Origin: an uncultured Candidatus Saccharibacteria bacterium | Lineage (GTDB): Bacteria > Patescibacteriota > Saccharimonadia > Saccharimonadales > JAGQNJ01 | Direction of reading: 5' to 3' | Assembly (NCBI GenBank): GCA_964584895.1 | Contig: CAZPAW010000002.1 | Location: 130,748-194,747, forward strand | Length of the DNA: 64,000 bases | Shown here: piece after piece, positions 1-10,391 of the stretch | Layout: the number at the start of each line of letters is the position of its first letter | Numbering within the stretch: the stretch's first letter is position 1 | Made by a program: the position numbers and the translations under genes | Notes under the pieces: generated by a model | Databases searched by the model: none | Seen by the model: only the letters and a program-made list of their open reading frames with translations | What the model was told of the DNA's origin: nothing

Positions 1-363
1 CTAAACGAAGAACATGGCGTCGGCAACAAATTTACAGCCGACGTTTTTAATGTTGGCGATATCGTCGATGCTTCTGGCGTTAGTAAGGGTAAGGGCTGGG
101 CAGGCACAATCAAACGCCACAACTTCCACCGCGGACGCAAAACACATGGTGGTAGAAGTTATCGCCGTCCTGGATCAATTGGATCAATGTACCCACAAAA
201 AATCTTTAAAGGTAAGAAAATGGCTGGCCGAATGGGCGGTGAAAACGTAACAGTAAAAAACCTAACAGTTACAATAGTTGACGTTGAAAAAAACATTATT
301 GGCGTAAAAGGTGCGGTTCCTGGACCAAAAAGAGGAACAGTAGTACTGCGAGGGGTTAAATAA
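1..363 (+). CDS. rplC: 50S ribosomal protein L3, C-terminal part (5' end outside window)
   Basis: Frame 1 is open from base 1 to TAA 361-363 and reads ...GKGWAGTIKRHNFHRGRKTHGGRSYRRPGSIGSMYPQKIFKGKKMAGRMGGENVTVKNL..., the conserved L3 C-terminus. It lies directly upstream of rplD. The tracked ORF 14..250 is a different frame. Confidence 0.93.
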   Translation, partial: LNEEHGVGNKFTADVFNVGDIVDASGVSKGKGWAGTIKRHNFHRGRKTHGGRSYRRPGSIGSMYPQKIFKGKKMAGRMGGENVTVKNLTVTIVDVEKNIIGVKGAVPGPKRGTVVLRGVK

Positions 364-364
364 T

Positions 365-1000
365 ATGCAAGCTATGACTTTTACTAAAACTGGCACAAAA
401 GCGACTTCCGACGTCACTCTTAGTAAAGACATATTTGGAATCGAAGTTAACTCCACTGATTTACTGAAAAAAGCTTATCTAGCAAATCAAGCAAGAGGCC
501 GACACAACCCTGCCGTAACTAAACTTCGTGGCGAAGTCAGAGGTGGTGGCCGGAAGCCTTGGAGACAAAAAGGTACTGGTAATGCTCGCGTTGGATCAAT
601 CCGTAGCCCACTATGGCGTGGCGGTGGTATTACTTTCGGTCCGACCGGCAATGAAAATCACCAAATCAGAATATCTAAATCCGAGAAAAAAACTGCCACA
701 AAACAAGCACTAAGCCTCAAAGCTAAAGATATTATTGTTATTGAAGGATTCAATATAACTTCAAAACCAAACACTAAGTCGGTTGCAAAGGTTTTAGATA
801 AAATTGCTCCAAACCAAAGACTGCTAGTCGCTTTAGATAAACCTAGTGAAAACACCATAAAGTCTTTTAGCAATATCCCTAATACAAAATTAATTAATTC
901 TGTATCGGTAAATGTAGCTAATATACTTGACGCAGATAAGGTCATTCTATCTAAAGACGCATTGTCAGTACTAATGAAAAATCTCGGAGATCTAAAATGA
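365..1000 (+). CDS. rplD: 50S ribosomal protein L4
   Basis: Contains ...GGGRKPWRQKGTGNARVGSIRSPLWRGGGITFGP... and sits between L3 and L23. Confidence 0.97.
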   Translation: MQAMTFTKTGTKATSDVTLSKDIFGIEVNSTDLLKKAYLANQARGRHNPAVTKLRGEVRGGGRKPWRQKGTGNARVGSIRSPLWRGGGITFGPTGNENHQIRISKSEKKTATKQALSLKAKDIIVIEGFNITSKPNTKSVAKVLDKIAPNQRLLVALDKPSENTIKSFSNIPNTKLINSVSVNVANILDADKVILSKDALSVLMKNLGDLK

Positions 1001-1494
1001 CCGAAACTACAAAAAAGACACCTACCCAGTCGACTTCATTTGCATCAAATAGCGATATAGCTATGATGATGGCGTTAAAGCCTCGTATCAGTGAAAAAGC
1101 ATATACTTCTGCCGAGGAAGAAAATATTTACATGTTTGAAGTTCCCAAAAATGCTAGTAAGCAGTCAATAGCCGATGCAGTAGAGTCTCAGTTCAAGGTA
1201 AAAGTCAAAAACGTAAGAATAGCCAACATCAAAGGTAAACCGAAAAGAGCAATTCGAAAAAGACAAAGACCAGCATCCGGTAAAAGAAAGGACATCAAAA
1301 AAGCCTACGTCAGTCTCAATCCCGAAAATAAAATCAATATTTTTGGCTCTGATGATAAAAAGAAAAAGACAGCAAAATCCGAAATTGCAACGACGGAGAC
1401 TAAAACGACAGATAAGGTTCAAAAAAAATCTGGATTAAAAAGAGTTTTTAACAGAGGACCACGACACACACAAGATAAAGGTGGAGGCAAGTAA
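997..1494 (+). CDS. rplW: 50S ribosomal protein L23 with N-terminal and Lys-rich C-terminal extensions
   Basis: Core reads ...ISEKAYTSAEEENIYMFEVPKNASKQSIADAVESQFKVKVKNVRIANIKGK.... It is 165 aa versus roughly 95-100 typical, and has an ATGA overlap with rplD. Confidence 0.93.
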   Translation: MTETTKKTPTQSTSFASNSDIAMMMALKPRISEKAYTSAEEENIYMFEVPKNASKQSIADAVESQFKVKVKNVRIANIKGKPKRAIRKRQRPASGKRKDIKKAYVSLNPENKINIFGSDDKKKKTAKSEIATTETKTTDKVQKKSGLKRVFNRGPRHTQDKGGGK

Positions 1495-2348
1495 TGGCGA
1501 TTAAATATTACAAACCAACTACTCCAGCTCGAAGAGGAATGACCAATCGAGACTTTACGCAAGTTACAACCAAAAAACCCCTTAAATCGTTAACATCAAT
1601 TAAAACGAAAACAAATGGTCGTAATAATAGCGGTAGAATCACCGTAAGACATAGAGGTGGTGGCGCAAAAAGATTCTATAGAATCGTTAATTTCAAACTT
1701 CAGCCAGGTACTTCGGCAGTTGTAGAAGCGATAGAATATGATCCAAACCGTACTTCACATATTGCACGTATCAAAGACAATGACAACAAATATCATTACA
1801 TCCTTGCGTCATCTGGCATGAAAGTAGGTACAAAAATTGAAAGTGGAGAAGAAGTACCGATCGAAAAAGGCAATAGATTAACTCTCAACCACATCCCGAT
1901 TGGTAGCACAATCCATAATATCGAGCTGATTCCGGGCAATGGTGGCAAATTAGTACGCTCTGCTGGCGCATCAGCGCAACTTGCAGCAAGAGAAGGTGAT
2001 TATGCTCAGATTAAATTACCTAGTGGAGAAGTAAGATTAGTTAATGTTAAATGTAGTGCCAGCCTAGGAAGTGTCGGCAATATATCTCATCAAAATGTAA
2101 AATACGGCTCCGCTGGTAGAAAACGTCATATGGGATTCAGACCGTCTGTCCGAGGGGTTGTAATGAATGCCGCCGATCACCCGCACGGTGGTGGGGATGG
2201 TGGACGTCACGGAATTGGTGGTGGCAAAAACCATGGTGCTGCACCACGTACACCTTGGGGTCAAAAAACACTAGGATATAAAACACGACGCCGCAAGGTA
2301 AGCAATAAGTTTATCATTCGTTCACGACATGAAAGCAAGAGGAGATAA
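1494..2348 (+). CDS. rplB: 50S ribosomal protein L2
   Basis: Carries the L2 signatures ...GRNNSGRITVRHRGGGAKRFYR... and ...MNAADHPHGGGDGG.... Confidence 0.98.
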   Translation: MAIKYYKPTTPARRGMTNRDFTQVTTKKPLKSLTSIKTKTNGRNNSGRITVRHRGGGAKRFYRIVNFKLQPGTSAVVEAIEYDPNRTSHIARIKDNDNKYHYILASSGMKVGTKIESGEEVPIEKGNRLTLNHIPIGSTIHNIELIPGNGGKLVRSAGASAQLAAREGDYAQIKLPSGEVRLVNVKCSASLGSVGNISHQNVKYGSAGRKRHMGFRPSVRGVVMNAADHPHGGGDGGRHGIGGGKNHGAAPRTPWGQKTLGYKTRRRKVSNKFIIRSRHESKRR

Positions 2349-2351
2349 GCA

Positions 2352-2627
2352 ATGAGTCGATCGCTAAAAAAAGGACCATATATAGATTATAAGCTAGCTA
2401 AAAAAATTGATGCACTTGCCAAAGAAGACCGCACAATTATCAAGACTTGGGCGCGCTCATGCACTATTCCACCAGAATTTGTTGGACGAACAATTGCTGT
2501 ACATAACGGAAAAGTACATGTGCCTGTATTTGTATCAGAGAATATGGTTGGTCATAAGCTTGGTGAATTTTCGCCTACACGAAAATTCAGATCACACGGC
2601 GGTAAACTAGCGAAAGGTCAGAAATGA
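2352..2627 (+). CDS. rpsS: 30S ribosomal protein S19
   Basis: Contains ...[10 protein letters not shown]... and ...[29 protein letters not shown].... Confidence 0.98.
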   Translation: MSRSLKKGPYIDYKLAKKIDALAKEDRTIIKTWARSCTIPPEFVGRTIAVHNGKVHVPVFVSENMVGHKLGEFSPTRKFRSHGGKLAKGQK

Positions 2628-3010
2628 GCGTTAAAGCAATAGCAAAAGGCGTCCAGATAAGCCCACGAAAAGTTGAAGTTGTGGCTGATTTAGTCCGCAA
2701 TCAATCAGTTAATAATGCTTTAACGATACTAGAGCATACTCCACGACGTAGCGCTGTAGCAGTTAGTAGCGTAATAAAATCAGCAAAAGCCAACGCAGAA
2801 AATAACCATAATTACAAACCTGACACTCTAACTATAACTGAAATATTTGTAACTTGTGGTCCTAGGATGAAACGTTTCCGACCAGCTGCACGAGGTCGTG
2901 CGTTGCCATTTCAAAAGAAATCATCGCATATCCGTGTTGTGGTTGAAGGTGAAAAACGTGTAGTAAAGAAAAAAACAACTTCTGCAACCAAAACTAAGGA
3001 GACTAAGTAA
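2624..3010 (+). CDS. rplV: 50S ribosomal protein L22
   Basis: Contains ...[30 protein letters not shown]..., sits in the conserved operon position and has a Lys-rich tail. Confidence 0.96.
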   Translation: MSVKAIAKGVQISPRKVEVVADLVRNQSVNNALTILEHTPRRSAVAVSSVIKSAKANAENNHNYKPDTLTITEIFVTCGPRMKRFRPAARGRALPFQKKSSHIRVVVEGEKRVVKKKTTSATKTKETK

Positions 3011-3639
3011 TGGGTCAAAAAGTTAATCCAACAAGCATGCGCCTTCAAGCAAATAAAAATTGGCGCAGTAAATGGTTTGCCAACAAGCGCGAATATCCTA
3101 AATACCTTAAGCAAGATTTAGATGTTCGAAAACTTATTGTTAGCAAGCTAGGTACACGCGCATCAATAAATAAAGTCGACATTGAAAGATCTCCAAATCT
3201 TGTTTCTGTAACTATTGTTACTGCTAAAGCTGGCGTCGTAATAGGGCGTGGTGGTACAGGTGCAACCGAGCTAAAAAATGCTATTGAAAAAATCTACGGT
3301 GTTCCAACTAGGGTCAATATCGAAGAAATTAAAAAACCAGAATTATATGCAAAACTTGTAGCCGAGAATATTGCTTTCCAACTACAAAGACGGATTTCTT
3401 TTAGACGAGCTATAAAAATGGCAGCCCAAAACACAATTCGTTCAGGTGCTAAAGGCGTAAGAATACAGTTATCTGGTCGATTAAACGGTGCAGAAATGGC
3501 TCGTAGAGAGAAAGAAATTATGGGTAGTGTACCACTACATACAATCAGAGCTGACATTGATTATGCTTACGTACCTGCTCAAACGCCCGGTGGAGTCATC
3601 GGCATAAAGGTATGGATTTATAAAGGAGAGGTAGTCTAG
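3010..3639 (+). CDS. rpsC: 30S ribosomal protein S3
   Basis: Begins [12 protein letters not shown]... and contains ...[31 protein letters not shown].... Confidence 0.98.
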   Translation: MGQKVNPTSMRLQANKNWRSKWFANKREYPKYLKQDLDVRKLIVSKLGTRASINKVDIERSPNLVSVTIVTAKAGVVIGRGGTGATELKNAIEKIYGVPTRVNIEEIKKPELYAKLVAENIAFQLQRRISFRRAIKMAAQNTIRSGAKGVRIQLSGRLNGAEMARREKEIMGSVPLHTIRADIDYAYVPAQTPGGVIGIKVWIYKGEVV

Positions 3640-3641
3640 TC

Positions 3642-4061
3642 ATGTTAATGCCAAAACGGTCAAAATTCAGAAAAGCTAGAAAAGGCCGAATTACTGGCGT
3701 AGCCTCAAGAGGCAATAATATTGCTTTTGGTACATACGCATTGCAAGCACAAAGTATAGACAGAATAACCTCTAGGCAGATCGAGGCCGCAAGACAAGCA
3801 ATGACAAGATATGTAAAGCGTGGCGGAAAGATCTGGATCAGAATATTCCCACATACTCCTGTAACAAGAAAACCGCAAGACGTAAAAATGGGTAGCGGAA
3901 AAGGAAATCCAGAATTTTTCGTGGCCAAGGTAAGACCTGGCACAATCATGTTTGAGATGCAGGGAGTAGAAGAAGATATTGCTCGCGAAGCAATGAGACT
4001 TGCTAGTCATAAACTACCCGTAAAGACAAAATTTTTAGTAAGAGAGGATGGATCACAATGA
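3642..4061 (+). CDS. rplP: 50S ribosomal protein L16
   Basis: Begins [19 protein letters not shown]... and contains ...[25 protein letters not shown].... Confidence 0.98.
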   Translation: MLMPKRSKFRKARKGRITGVASRGNNIAFGTYALQAQSIDRITSRQIEAARQAMTRYVKRGGKIWIRIFPHTPVTRKPQDVKMGSGKGNPEFFVAKVRPGTIMFEMQGVEEDIAREAMRLASHKLPVKTKFLVREDGSQ

Positions 4062-4258
4062 AAATTGCAGAAATCCGTAAACTACCAACTAAGAGTTTGA
4101 CTGAAAAATCTACAAAGATTAGACAAGAAATTGCAGACATGAGAAGACAGTACGCATTAGGCGAAATCCAAAATACTAGAGGAATCAGAAACAAGCGCAA
4201 AGAGCTAGCAAGAATTTTGACTGTTCTCGGAGAAGAATTAGTGAAGGAGACTAAATAA
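4058..4258 (+). CDS. rpmC: 50S ribosomal protein L29
   Basis: 66-aa ORF between L16 and S17 with an ATGA overlap and a helical Lys/Arg-rich sequence. Confidence 0.93.
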   Translation: MKIAEIRKLPTKSLTEKSTKIRQEIADMRRQYALGEIQNTRGIRNKRKELARILTVLGEELVKETK

Positions 4259-4539
4259 TGGCAAAACAATTAATCGGTGTAGTTTCATCAGACAAAGCAG
4301 ACAAAACGATTGTTGTTAAGATTTCTGTAAAAAAATCCCACCCAATCTATCGAAAACAATTCACTGAATCTAATAAGATTATGGCTCATGATGAAAAAAA
4401 TGAAGCAAAAATTGGTGATAAAGTTCTTATCGTTGAAACTCGACCAATCAGTTCACGTAAATCATTTAAATTAGTCCAAATACTTGATCGTCCAGTACTC
4501 GTTGTAAGTAAAGATGATGAAGGAGCGCCTTCTAAATGA
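4258..4539 (+). CDS. rpsQ: 30S ribosomal protein S17
   Basis: Contains ...[21 protein letters not shown]...[14 protein letters not shown].... Confidence 0.96.
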   Translation: MAKQLIGVVSSDKADKTIVVKISVKKSHPIYRKQFTESNKIMAHDEKNEAKIGDKVLIVETRPISSRKSFKLVQILDRPVLVVSKDDEGAPSK

Positions 4540-4904
4540 TCCAACAAGAATCAAGACTGGCTGTATGTGACAACAGTGGGGCTAAAGAGATTCTATGTAT
4601 TAGAGTCCTCGGTGGAACCAGAAAAAGATACGCACGAATTGGCGATGTTATTGTTGCTACCGTAAAAGACGCCAGTCCATCAGGAAACGTAAAAAAGAAG
4701 TCAGTAGTTAGGGCGGTCGTAGTAAGAACAAAATACGTGATTGCTAGAAAAGATGGTTCTACTATCAAATTCGATGATAATGCAGCAATTATTATCGGAG
4801 ACGATAAATTACCAAAAGCGACTAGAATCTTTGGTCCTGTGCCTAGAGAACTACGCGAAATGGGATATTCTAAGATAATTTCATTAGCACCGGAGGTCCT
4901 ATAA
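4536..4904 (+). CDS. rplN: 50S ribosomal protein L14
   Basis: Begins [18 protein letters not shown]... and is 122 aa. Confidence 0.98.
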   Translation: MIQQESRLAVCDNSGAKEILCIRVLGGTRKRYARIGDVIVATVKDASPSGNVKKKSVVRAVVVRTKYVIARKDGSTIKFDDNAAIIIGDDKLPKATRIFGPVPRELREMGYSKIISLAPEVL

Positions 4905-5170
4905 TGACAAATCGTGTTTTCAAAATAAAACTCAACATCAACGACATGGTTGAAGTTATTTCCGGAAAATACAAAGGAAAAACAGGAAAAGTTGTAAAAA
5001 CTCATCCAAAAATCAACAAAGTTACTGTCGAAGGTATAAACATTGCAAAAAAACATCAAAAGCCGAACAAAAAATACCCCCAAGGAGGAATTATAGAAAT
5101 AAATCAACCTATTTGGGTATCAAAAGTAAAGCTTATTACGCCAAAATCTTCAAATGGGGTTAAAAAATGA
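4904..5170 (+). CDS. rplX: 50S ribosomal protein L24
   Basis: Has a KOW-like ...DMVEVISGKYKGKTGKVVK... and sits in the conserved position. Confidence 0.95.
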   Translation: MTNRVFKIKLNINDMVEVISGKYKGKTGKVVKTHPKINKVTVEGINIAKKHQKPNKKYPQGGIIEINQPIWVSKVKLITPKSSNGVKK

Positions 5171-5766
5171 GTAGTACTAAATCGATGACACAATCACAAC
5201 CAAGGCTAAAATCGCTATATAACAATGAGTTAAAACAACAGCTCAAAACCGAGTTAGAACTTAAGAATATTAATCAGGTTCCAAAACTTCAAAAAATTGT
5301 GCTGAATGTTGGGCTCGGTAAAGCAAAGGACGATAAAAAAGCAATGGAAATAGCCACAACTACGCTTACAAAAATTAGTGGTCAATCCCCGATTAAAACT
5401 TCAGCAAAGGTTTCGGTGGCTGGCTTCAAATTACGTGAAGGCAATAAAATCGGACTGAAAGTTACTCTTCGCGGTGATAATATGTATGAATTTTTAGACA
5501 GATTAATAAATATTGTCCTTCCTAGATTGAGAGATTTTCATGGAGTTAGCAATAAATCGTTCGATGGACAGGGAAATTATAGTATTGGACTCGCAGATCA
5601 GACCGTATTCCCGGAAATTAACTTTGAAGATAGCCCAATGACGCATGGATTGCAAGCAATAATCGTTGTTGATTCTAGTAGTATCGATCATAGTAAAAAA
5701 CTATTGAGTAAACTTGGAATGCCATTTGAAAAAGACTTAAAAATGACTAAAGGAAAGGAAGAATAG
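5167..5766 (+). CDS. rplE: 50S ribosomal protein L5
   Basis: Contains ...[15 protein letters not shown]... and ...[22 protein letters not shown].... Confidence 0.97.
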   Translation: MSSTKSMTQSQPRLKSLYNNELKQQLKTELELKNINQVPKLQKIVLNVGLGKAKDDKKAMEIATTTLTKISGQSPIKTSAKVSVAGFKLREGNKIGLKVTLRGDNMYEFLDRLINIVLPRLRDFHGVSNKSFDGQGNYSIGLADQTVFPEINFEDSPMTHGLQAIIVVDSSSIDHSKKLLSKLGMPFEKDLKMTKGKEE

Positions 5767-5768
5767 CC

Positions 5769-6038
5769 ATGGCCAAGAAATCGATTATCGCAAGAGATCT
5801 TAAACGTCAGAAAATGATTATGAAATATGCAGCAAAGCGAGCCGAGCTAAAGTCTATTGGTGACCAAGATGGTCTAGCGAAGTTACCAAAAAACTCTTCG
5901 CCATCTCGCTGGAATAACAGGTGCTTAGAAACAGGTCGTTCACGAGGTTACATGAGAACATTTGGCTTATCTAGGATTTCATTTAGGGAACATGCAAGTA
6001 AAGGAGAAATACCCGGTGTCACAAAATCAAGCTGGTAA
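5769..6038 (+). CDS. rpsN: 30S ribosomal protein S14 (long, non-zinc form)
   Basis: Begins [15 protein letters not shown]... and ends ...[31 protein letters not shown]. It is 89 aa with no CxxC pairs. Confidence 0.95.
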   Translation: MAKKSIIARDLKRQKMIMKYAAKRAELKSIGDQDGLAKLPKNSSPSRWNNRCLETGRSRGYMRTFGLSRISFREHASKGEIPGVTKSSW

Positions 6039-6042
6039 TAAT

Positions 6043-6453
6043 ATGAAAAACTCAGGCAGTACTTCAACTGACCCTATTGCAGACATGCTTAGCCGTATTA
6101 GAAATGCTATTGCAATCCACAAATCCGAAATTATGGTACCTCATTCAAAATTGAAAAAAGCAGTTCTTGAATTACTTGTAGAAAACGGATTTATCAATAA
6201 GATTGAAGAAATGCCATTAAGTGTTGGAAAAATGATAAAAATTACTATTAATTCAGTGGATCAAAATGCAAAAATTAGCCATATTTCTAGAATTAGTAAA
6301 CCTGGCCGCAGAATGTACACTAAAGCTAAAGACATCCCAACAGTCAAACATGGCAGAGGCATGATTATTATATCAACTTCGCAAGGAGTAGTTACCGACA
6401 AGAAAGCTAAAGAAAAATCTCTCGGTGGCGAGTTAATTTGTAAGGTGTATTAA
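6043..6453 (+). CDS. rpsH: 30S ribosomal protein S8
   Basis: Start set at in-frame ATG 6043 (MKNSGSTSTDPIADMLSRIRNA...), 5 nt after the rpsN stop. The tracked start at 5962 would overlap rpsN by 77 nt. Confidence 0.95.
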   Translation: MKNSGSTSTDPIADMLSRIRNAIAIHKSEIMVPHSKLKKAVLELLVENGFINKIEEMPLSVGKMIKITINSVDQNAKISHISRISKPGRRMYTKAKDIPTVKHGRGMIIISTSQGVVTDKKAKEKSLGGELICKVY

Positions 6454-6454
6454 G

Positions 6455-6991
6455 ATGAGTAGAATAGGAAGATCACCGGTTAAAATACCAACAAATGTCA
6501 CAGTTAGTATTACTGACGGAATAATTAAAGTTTCAGGGCCAAAAGGCGATTTGCAAGAAAAAATTCTTGTTGGTGTAACAATCGACCAATCAAATGACGA
6601 GATTACTGTATCCAGAAAATCTGATTCAAAACTTGATAAATCAAACCATGGATTGATGAGGTCTCTGATCCAAAACATGGTAACTGGCGTTACTGATGGC
6701 TTTAAAAAAGAACTAGAGGTAAACGGTGTTGGTTTTAGGGTTGGCGTATCTGGTAAAATATTAAAGTTAAAAGTCGGATTTTCTCACGAAATCGAGTATA
6801 AATTTCCTGAAGGAATTAACGTATCTGTTGAACAAAACAAGATTACGGTTGAAGGCATAAGCAAACAACAGGTAGGTCAAACCGCTGCCGAAATTCGATC
6901 TTTTAAGAAACCAGAACCTTATAAGGGCAAAGGGATTAGTTACGTAGGAGAAAGAATTCTTCGAAAGAGCGGAAAGTCAGGCAAGGAATAG
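6455..6991 (+). CDS. rplF: 50S ribosomal protein L6
   Basis: Begins [12 protein letters not shown]..., shows the two-domain L6 pattern and sits in the conserved position. Confidence 0.97.
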   Translation: MSRIGRSPVKIPTNVTVSITDGIIKVSGPKGDLQEKILVGVTIDQSNDEITVSRKSDSKLDKSNHGLMRSLIQNMVTGVTDGFKKELEVNGVGFRVGVSGKILKLKVGFSHEIEYKFPEGINVSVEQNKITVEGISKQQVGQTAAEIRSFKKPEPYKGKGISYVGERILRKSGKSGKE

Positions 6992-6999
6992 GACGCATT

Positions 7000-7350
7000 A
7001 TGAATAGACTAGAAGAAAAAAAGAATAATTTAATTCGTAGAAAGATTAGAATTCGTAAAAAAATTTTTGGTACAAAAAATCGACCACGAATGAGTGTAAA
7101 AATCAGTAATAATAATATATCAATACAATTAATTGACGATACTTCGTCACAAACATTAGTTGAAGAAAACAGTTTTAAGTACGACAAAACTTCTTTAACA
7201 GAAAAAGCACAAAAGGCAGGAACAGAAATCGCAAAAAAAGCTAAATCAAAAAAAATAAATTCAGTAGTTTTTGATAGGAATGGACGACTATATCATGGAA
7301 GAATCAAGGCGCTGGCTGAAGCTGCAAGAAAAGAAGGATTGGAGTTTTGA
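7000..7350 (+). CDS. rplR: 50S ribosomal protein L18
   Basis: Contains ...[21 protein letters not shown]... and ...[17 protein letters not shown]. Confidence 0.96.
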   Translation: MNRLEEKKNNLIRRKIRIRKKIFGTKNRPRMSVKISNNNISIQLIDDTSSQTLVEENSFKYDKTSLTEKAQKAGTEIAKKAKSKKINSVVFDRNGRLYHGRIKALAEAARKEGLEF

Positions 7351-7907
7351 CTATGTACCAGAAAAAAACCGATAGAAAAGACGTATTTGAAGAAAAGCAA
7401 TTCGACGAACGAATGGTTCACATCGACCGCGTCGCCAGAGTTGTTAAAGGTGGTCGAAGATTTAGATTTAGAGCGCTTGTTATAGTTGGAGACCATAAGG
7501 GAAAAATTGGCGTAGGTACTTCTAAAGGCGCAGACGTAACAACCGCCGTAGCAAAAGCTACTGACGTAGCTAAAAAGAATTTGGTCACAATAAATCTATA
7601 CAATGAAACTATTCCACACGAATCACAAGCAAAAGTCAGTGGAGCAAAAATTCTAGTAAAACCTGCAAGCCCTGGAACAGGCTTGATAGCTGGAGGAGTC
7701 GTAAGAGTTGTCTTAGAAGTTGCCGGAATCAAGAATGCATTATCTAAATCATTGGGTTCAAGTAATAAAATAAATATCGCATATGCAACTGTTGAGGCGT
7801 TAAAGCAAATCGAACCGAAAAAAAACTGGGTTACTGCTAATAAACCTAAAGCCGTAGCTAAAAAACGTCCTGTCAAAAAAGAAGATCTAGTGGAGTCTAT
7901 CAAATGA
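7347..7907 (+). CDS. rpsE: 30S ribosomal protein S5
   Basis: Contains ...[22 protein letters not shown]..., has a Lys-rich C-terminal tail, and its stop overlaps the rplO start. Confidence 0.97.
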   Translation: MTMYQKKTDRKDVFEEKQFDERMVHIDRVARVVKGGRRFRFRALVIVGDHKGKIGVGTSKGADVTTAVAKATDVAKKNLVTINLYNETIPHESQAKVSGAKILVKPASPGTGLIAGGVVRVVLEVAGIKNALSKSLGSSNKINIAYATVEALKQIEPKKNWVTANKPKAVAKKRPVKKEDLVESIK

Positions 7908-8377
7908 AATACAATCAGCTCGAACTAAAAAAGTACAAACAAACTCGTCGCAAAGGTAGAGGGATTGGATCAGGAGCAGGAAAAACCGCAGGACGGGGTA
8001 CGAAGGGGCAAAATTCAAGATCTGGAGGCGGTGTAAGATTAGGGTTTGAAGGTGGTCAAAACCCACTAATGCAACGCCTACCAAAAAAACGAGGTTTTAC
8101 ATCTCATCGAATCAAAGCAACAGCGATTACGTTAGACAAGTTAGCTCTAATTAAAGGCGAGATTAACAATGCTAGCGTTTTTGAATCTGGATTGTCAAAA
8201 GATCCATACACCCCGATCAAAGTTTTATCATCAAACAAACAAATACCTAAGCTAAACATTTCATTGCAATCAATTTCAGCCGGCGCGTTAAAACAACTGG
8301 AAAAATCCGGTGGTAAGTTTAGTAAAATCGAAAACCCAAAACGGTTAAAAAAAGAAGAAGCAAAAACTACAAAATAA
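7904..8377 (+). CDS. rplO: 50S ribosomal protein L15
   Basis: Contains ...[28 protein letters not shown]... and directly follows S5, with no L30 gene between them. Confidence 0.96.
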   Translation: MKYNQLELKKYKQTRRKGRGIGSGAGKTAGRGTKGQNSRSGGGVRLGFEGGQNPLMQRLPKKRGFTSHRIKATAITLDKLALIKGEINNASVFESGLSKDPYTPIKVLSSNKQIPKLNISLQSISAGALKQLEKSGGKFSKIENPKRLKKEEAKTTK

Positions 8378-8410
8378 CGTATTATAGTATAAGAATTAGA
8401 GGGTAATTGA

Positions 8411-9904
8411 ATGAGTTGGAAAACAATCTGGTTGTCGTTCAAGAACAAAGATATGCGGAAACGAATATTTGCGGTTCTTGGGATGTTATTCATATTCCGT
8501 GTTTTGGCACATATTCCTATACCTCTTGCAGACGGAGCAACACTAAAACAGGTTTTAGAGACTTTATTTGCATCTAAAGACACCCCTCAAATACTAAGCT
8601 TCATTGATGTTCTATCAGGGGGCGCGCTTGCTAATTTTTCTATCATGCTTGTTGGCCTAGGCCCTTACATTAACGCATCGATCATCATGCAGTTACTCAC
8701 AAAGGCTATTCCTAAATTAGAAACACTCAACAAAGAAGGTGAGTATGGTAGAAAAAAGATCAACCAATATACGCGCATGCTTGCCTTGCCACTAGCGATA
8801 GTTCAATCAATCGGTACAATATTCTTGGTTCGCCAAACAGCAAGTCAGATTGGGGGACTGGGCGATATAACCGCCAACGCATCGATCGCTCAATGGGGAT
8901 TAATGGTAACAGCACTCACCGGAGGTGCAATGCTATTGATGTGGTTAGGCGAATTGATAACAGAAGAAGGTATTGGTAACGGTATATCACTGGTGATTAC
9001 GGTCGGCATCGTTAGTAATTTACCAAGTACAGTTGCATCTATATTTAATTCGATTTTTGCCGATGGCGCCCAGATGAGCCTACTTGGATTCACACTACCT
9101 ATTGATTCAACCGCTCTACTTTATGCCGCTTTAATACTGCTCACTATAATTGTTGTCACAGTACTAGTTGTCAAACTAAACGAAGCCGCCCGAAAACTAA
9201 CAATTCATTATGCTAAAAGAGTCCAAGGAAATAGGACTTATGGGGGAGTCCAGACAACTCTACCTATTAAGTTGATTACCGCCGGAGTAATTCCAATTAT
9301 TTTTGCAGTGGCATTTTTGAGTATTCCAAGCTTTGTCGGTCAACTGCTAAGTTCTTCGGCTAATCAAAATCTTCAGGAATTAGGGCTAAAACTAACTCAG
9401 TGGTTCCAACAACCAACACCAGAATCATTTGCTGCCGGAGGACTCCAACCGTATATCTATCCGTTAGTATATTTTATTTTGGTTTTTGCTTTTACATTTT
9501 TCTACACAAGCATAACTTTTAATTCACAGGAAATAGCTGAAAACTTGCAAAAACAAGGAGGATTTTTCTCTGGGGTTAGGTCAGGTAAACAAACAGAAAA
9601 ATATCTATCTCGAATCGTAAATAGATTAACTCTATTTGGCGCCCTAAGCTTAGGTATGCTTGCAGTTTTTCCAATAATCTTGCAAGCATTTATAAATACC
9701 AGTATAGCGCTTCAGGGTACAAGCATTCTAATTTTGGTCGCAGTCGCCCTAGAAACATTACGTCAAATTGAATCCAGAGCATTAATGGTAACTTATGATC
9801 AATATGATCAACCTGATTTCTTTTACGATTCATCAGACCCGGCTAATGCTGCAACCGGCGGAAGAAGACTACGATTTCGCAATAAAAAAGAAAAGAAAAA
9901 ATAA
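8411..9904 (+). CDS. secY: preprotein translocase subunit SecY
   Basis: 497 aa with about 10 hydrophobic segments, in the conserved position after rplO, with a basic C-terminal tail. Confidence 0.96.
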   Translation: MSWKTIWLSFKNKDMRKRIFAVLGMLFIFRVLAHIPIPLADGATLKQVLETLFASKDTPQILSFIDVLSGGALANFSIMLVGLGPYINASIIMQLLTKAIPKLETLNKEGEYGRKKINQYTRMLALPLAIVQSIGTIFLVRQTASQIGGLGDITANASIAQWGLMVTALTGGAMLLMWLGELITEEGIGNGISLVITVGIVSNLPSTVASIFNSIFADGAQMSLLGFTLPIDSTALLYAALILLTIIVVTVLVVKLNEAARKLTIHYAKRVQGNRTYGGVQTTLPIKLITAGVIPIIFAVAFLSIPSFVGQLLSSSANQNLQELGLKLTQWFQQPTPESFAAGGLQPYIYPLVYFILVFAFTFFYTSITFNSQEIAENLQKQGGFFSGVRSGKQTEKYLSRIVNRLTLFGALSLGMLAVFPIILQAFINTSIALQGTSILILVAVALETLRQIESRALMVTYDQYDQPDFFYDSSDPANAATGGRRLRFRNKKEKKK

Positions 9905-9907
9905 CTC

Positions 9908-9937
9908 TTTACAAACAGATACAAAATAGATTATAAT
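9908..9937 (+). promoter_or_regulatory. candidate sigma-70-type promoter upstream of infA
   Basis: TTTACA (9908-9913), an 18-nt spacer, then TATAAT (9932-9937), 17 nt before ATG 9955. This is a consensus match only. Confidence 0.4.
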
Positions 9938-9954
9938 AAACTCTTGTTATATTT

Positions 9955-10176
9955 ATGACTAAACAAAAGGAAGTAATTGAACTAGAGGGTAAGATAGTAG
10001 AGACGCTTCCAGGCGCTCAGTTCAAGGTCGAACTAGAGAATGGTCATCAAATTATAGCTCACGTTGCCGGAAAGATGAGGAAATATTTTATCCGAATCGT
10101 ACCCGGTGACAGCGTGACGGTCGAGTTGACCCCTTATGACCTAACTAAGGGCAGAATCACCTATCGCAAAACGTAA
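9955..10176 (+). CDS. infA: translation initiation factor IF-1
   Basis: 73 aa, containing ...[36 protein letters not shown].... Confidence 0.97.
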   Translation: MTKQKEVIELEGKIVETLPGAQFKVELENGHQIIAHVAGKMRKYFIRIVPGDSVTVELTPYDLTKGRITYRKT

Positions 10177-10270
10177 ATATTAAAGCAGTGTGTTCACGTT
10201 TAATGTTTAAATGTGAATCCGCATTCATCAACAACAATGTTGAATCCTAGATGAAAGGAATTCTAAAGGA

Positions 10271-10387
10271 ATGAAAGTGCGTGCGAGCGTAAAAAAGATT
10301 AGCCCAGACGACAAAATTGTACGTCGTAAAGGACGTGTCTATATTATTAATAAAATGAAACCTAAGCACAAACAGAGGCAAGGCTAA
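10271..10387 (+). CDS. rpmJ: 50S ribosomal protein L36
   Basis: 38-aa ORF below the track cutoff: [38 protein letters not shown]. It lies between infA and rpsM. Confidence 0.92.
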   Translation: MKVRASVKKISPDDKIVRRKGRVYIINKMKPKHKQRQG

Positions 10388-10391
10388 ATCT

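Noticed and set aside
14-250. Tracked 78-aa ORF at the window start
   Set aside because: It is in a different frame from the clear L3 C-terminal reading frame (frame 1, bases 1-363), so it is an overlapping shadow ORF.
4532-5107. 191-aa minus-strand ORF antisense to rplN/rplX
   Set aside because: It lies entirely antisense to two well-supported ribosomal protein genes and has a Phe/Ser/Ile-rich nonsense composition typical of shadow frames.
5962-6042. 27-codon N-terminal extension of rpsH in the tracked ORF
   Set aside because: It would overlap rpsN by 77 nt. The in-frame ATG at 6043 gives the canonical S8 N-terminus right after the rpsN stop.
7418-7903. 161-aa minus-strand ORF antisense to rpsE
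   Set aside because: Shadow ORF opposite a conserved gene, with no SD and no motif.
8104-8583. 159-aa minus-strand ORF antisense to rplO and the secY start
   Set aside because: Shadow ORF spanning a gene boundary of the superoperon, so it is implausible as a gene.
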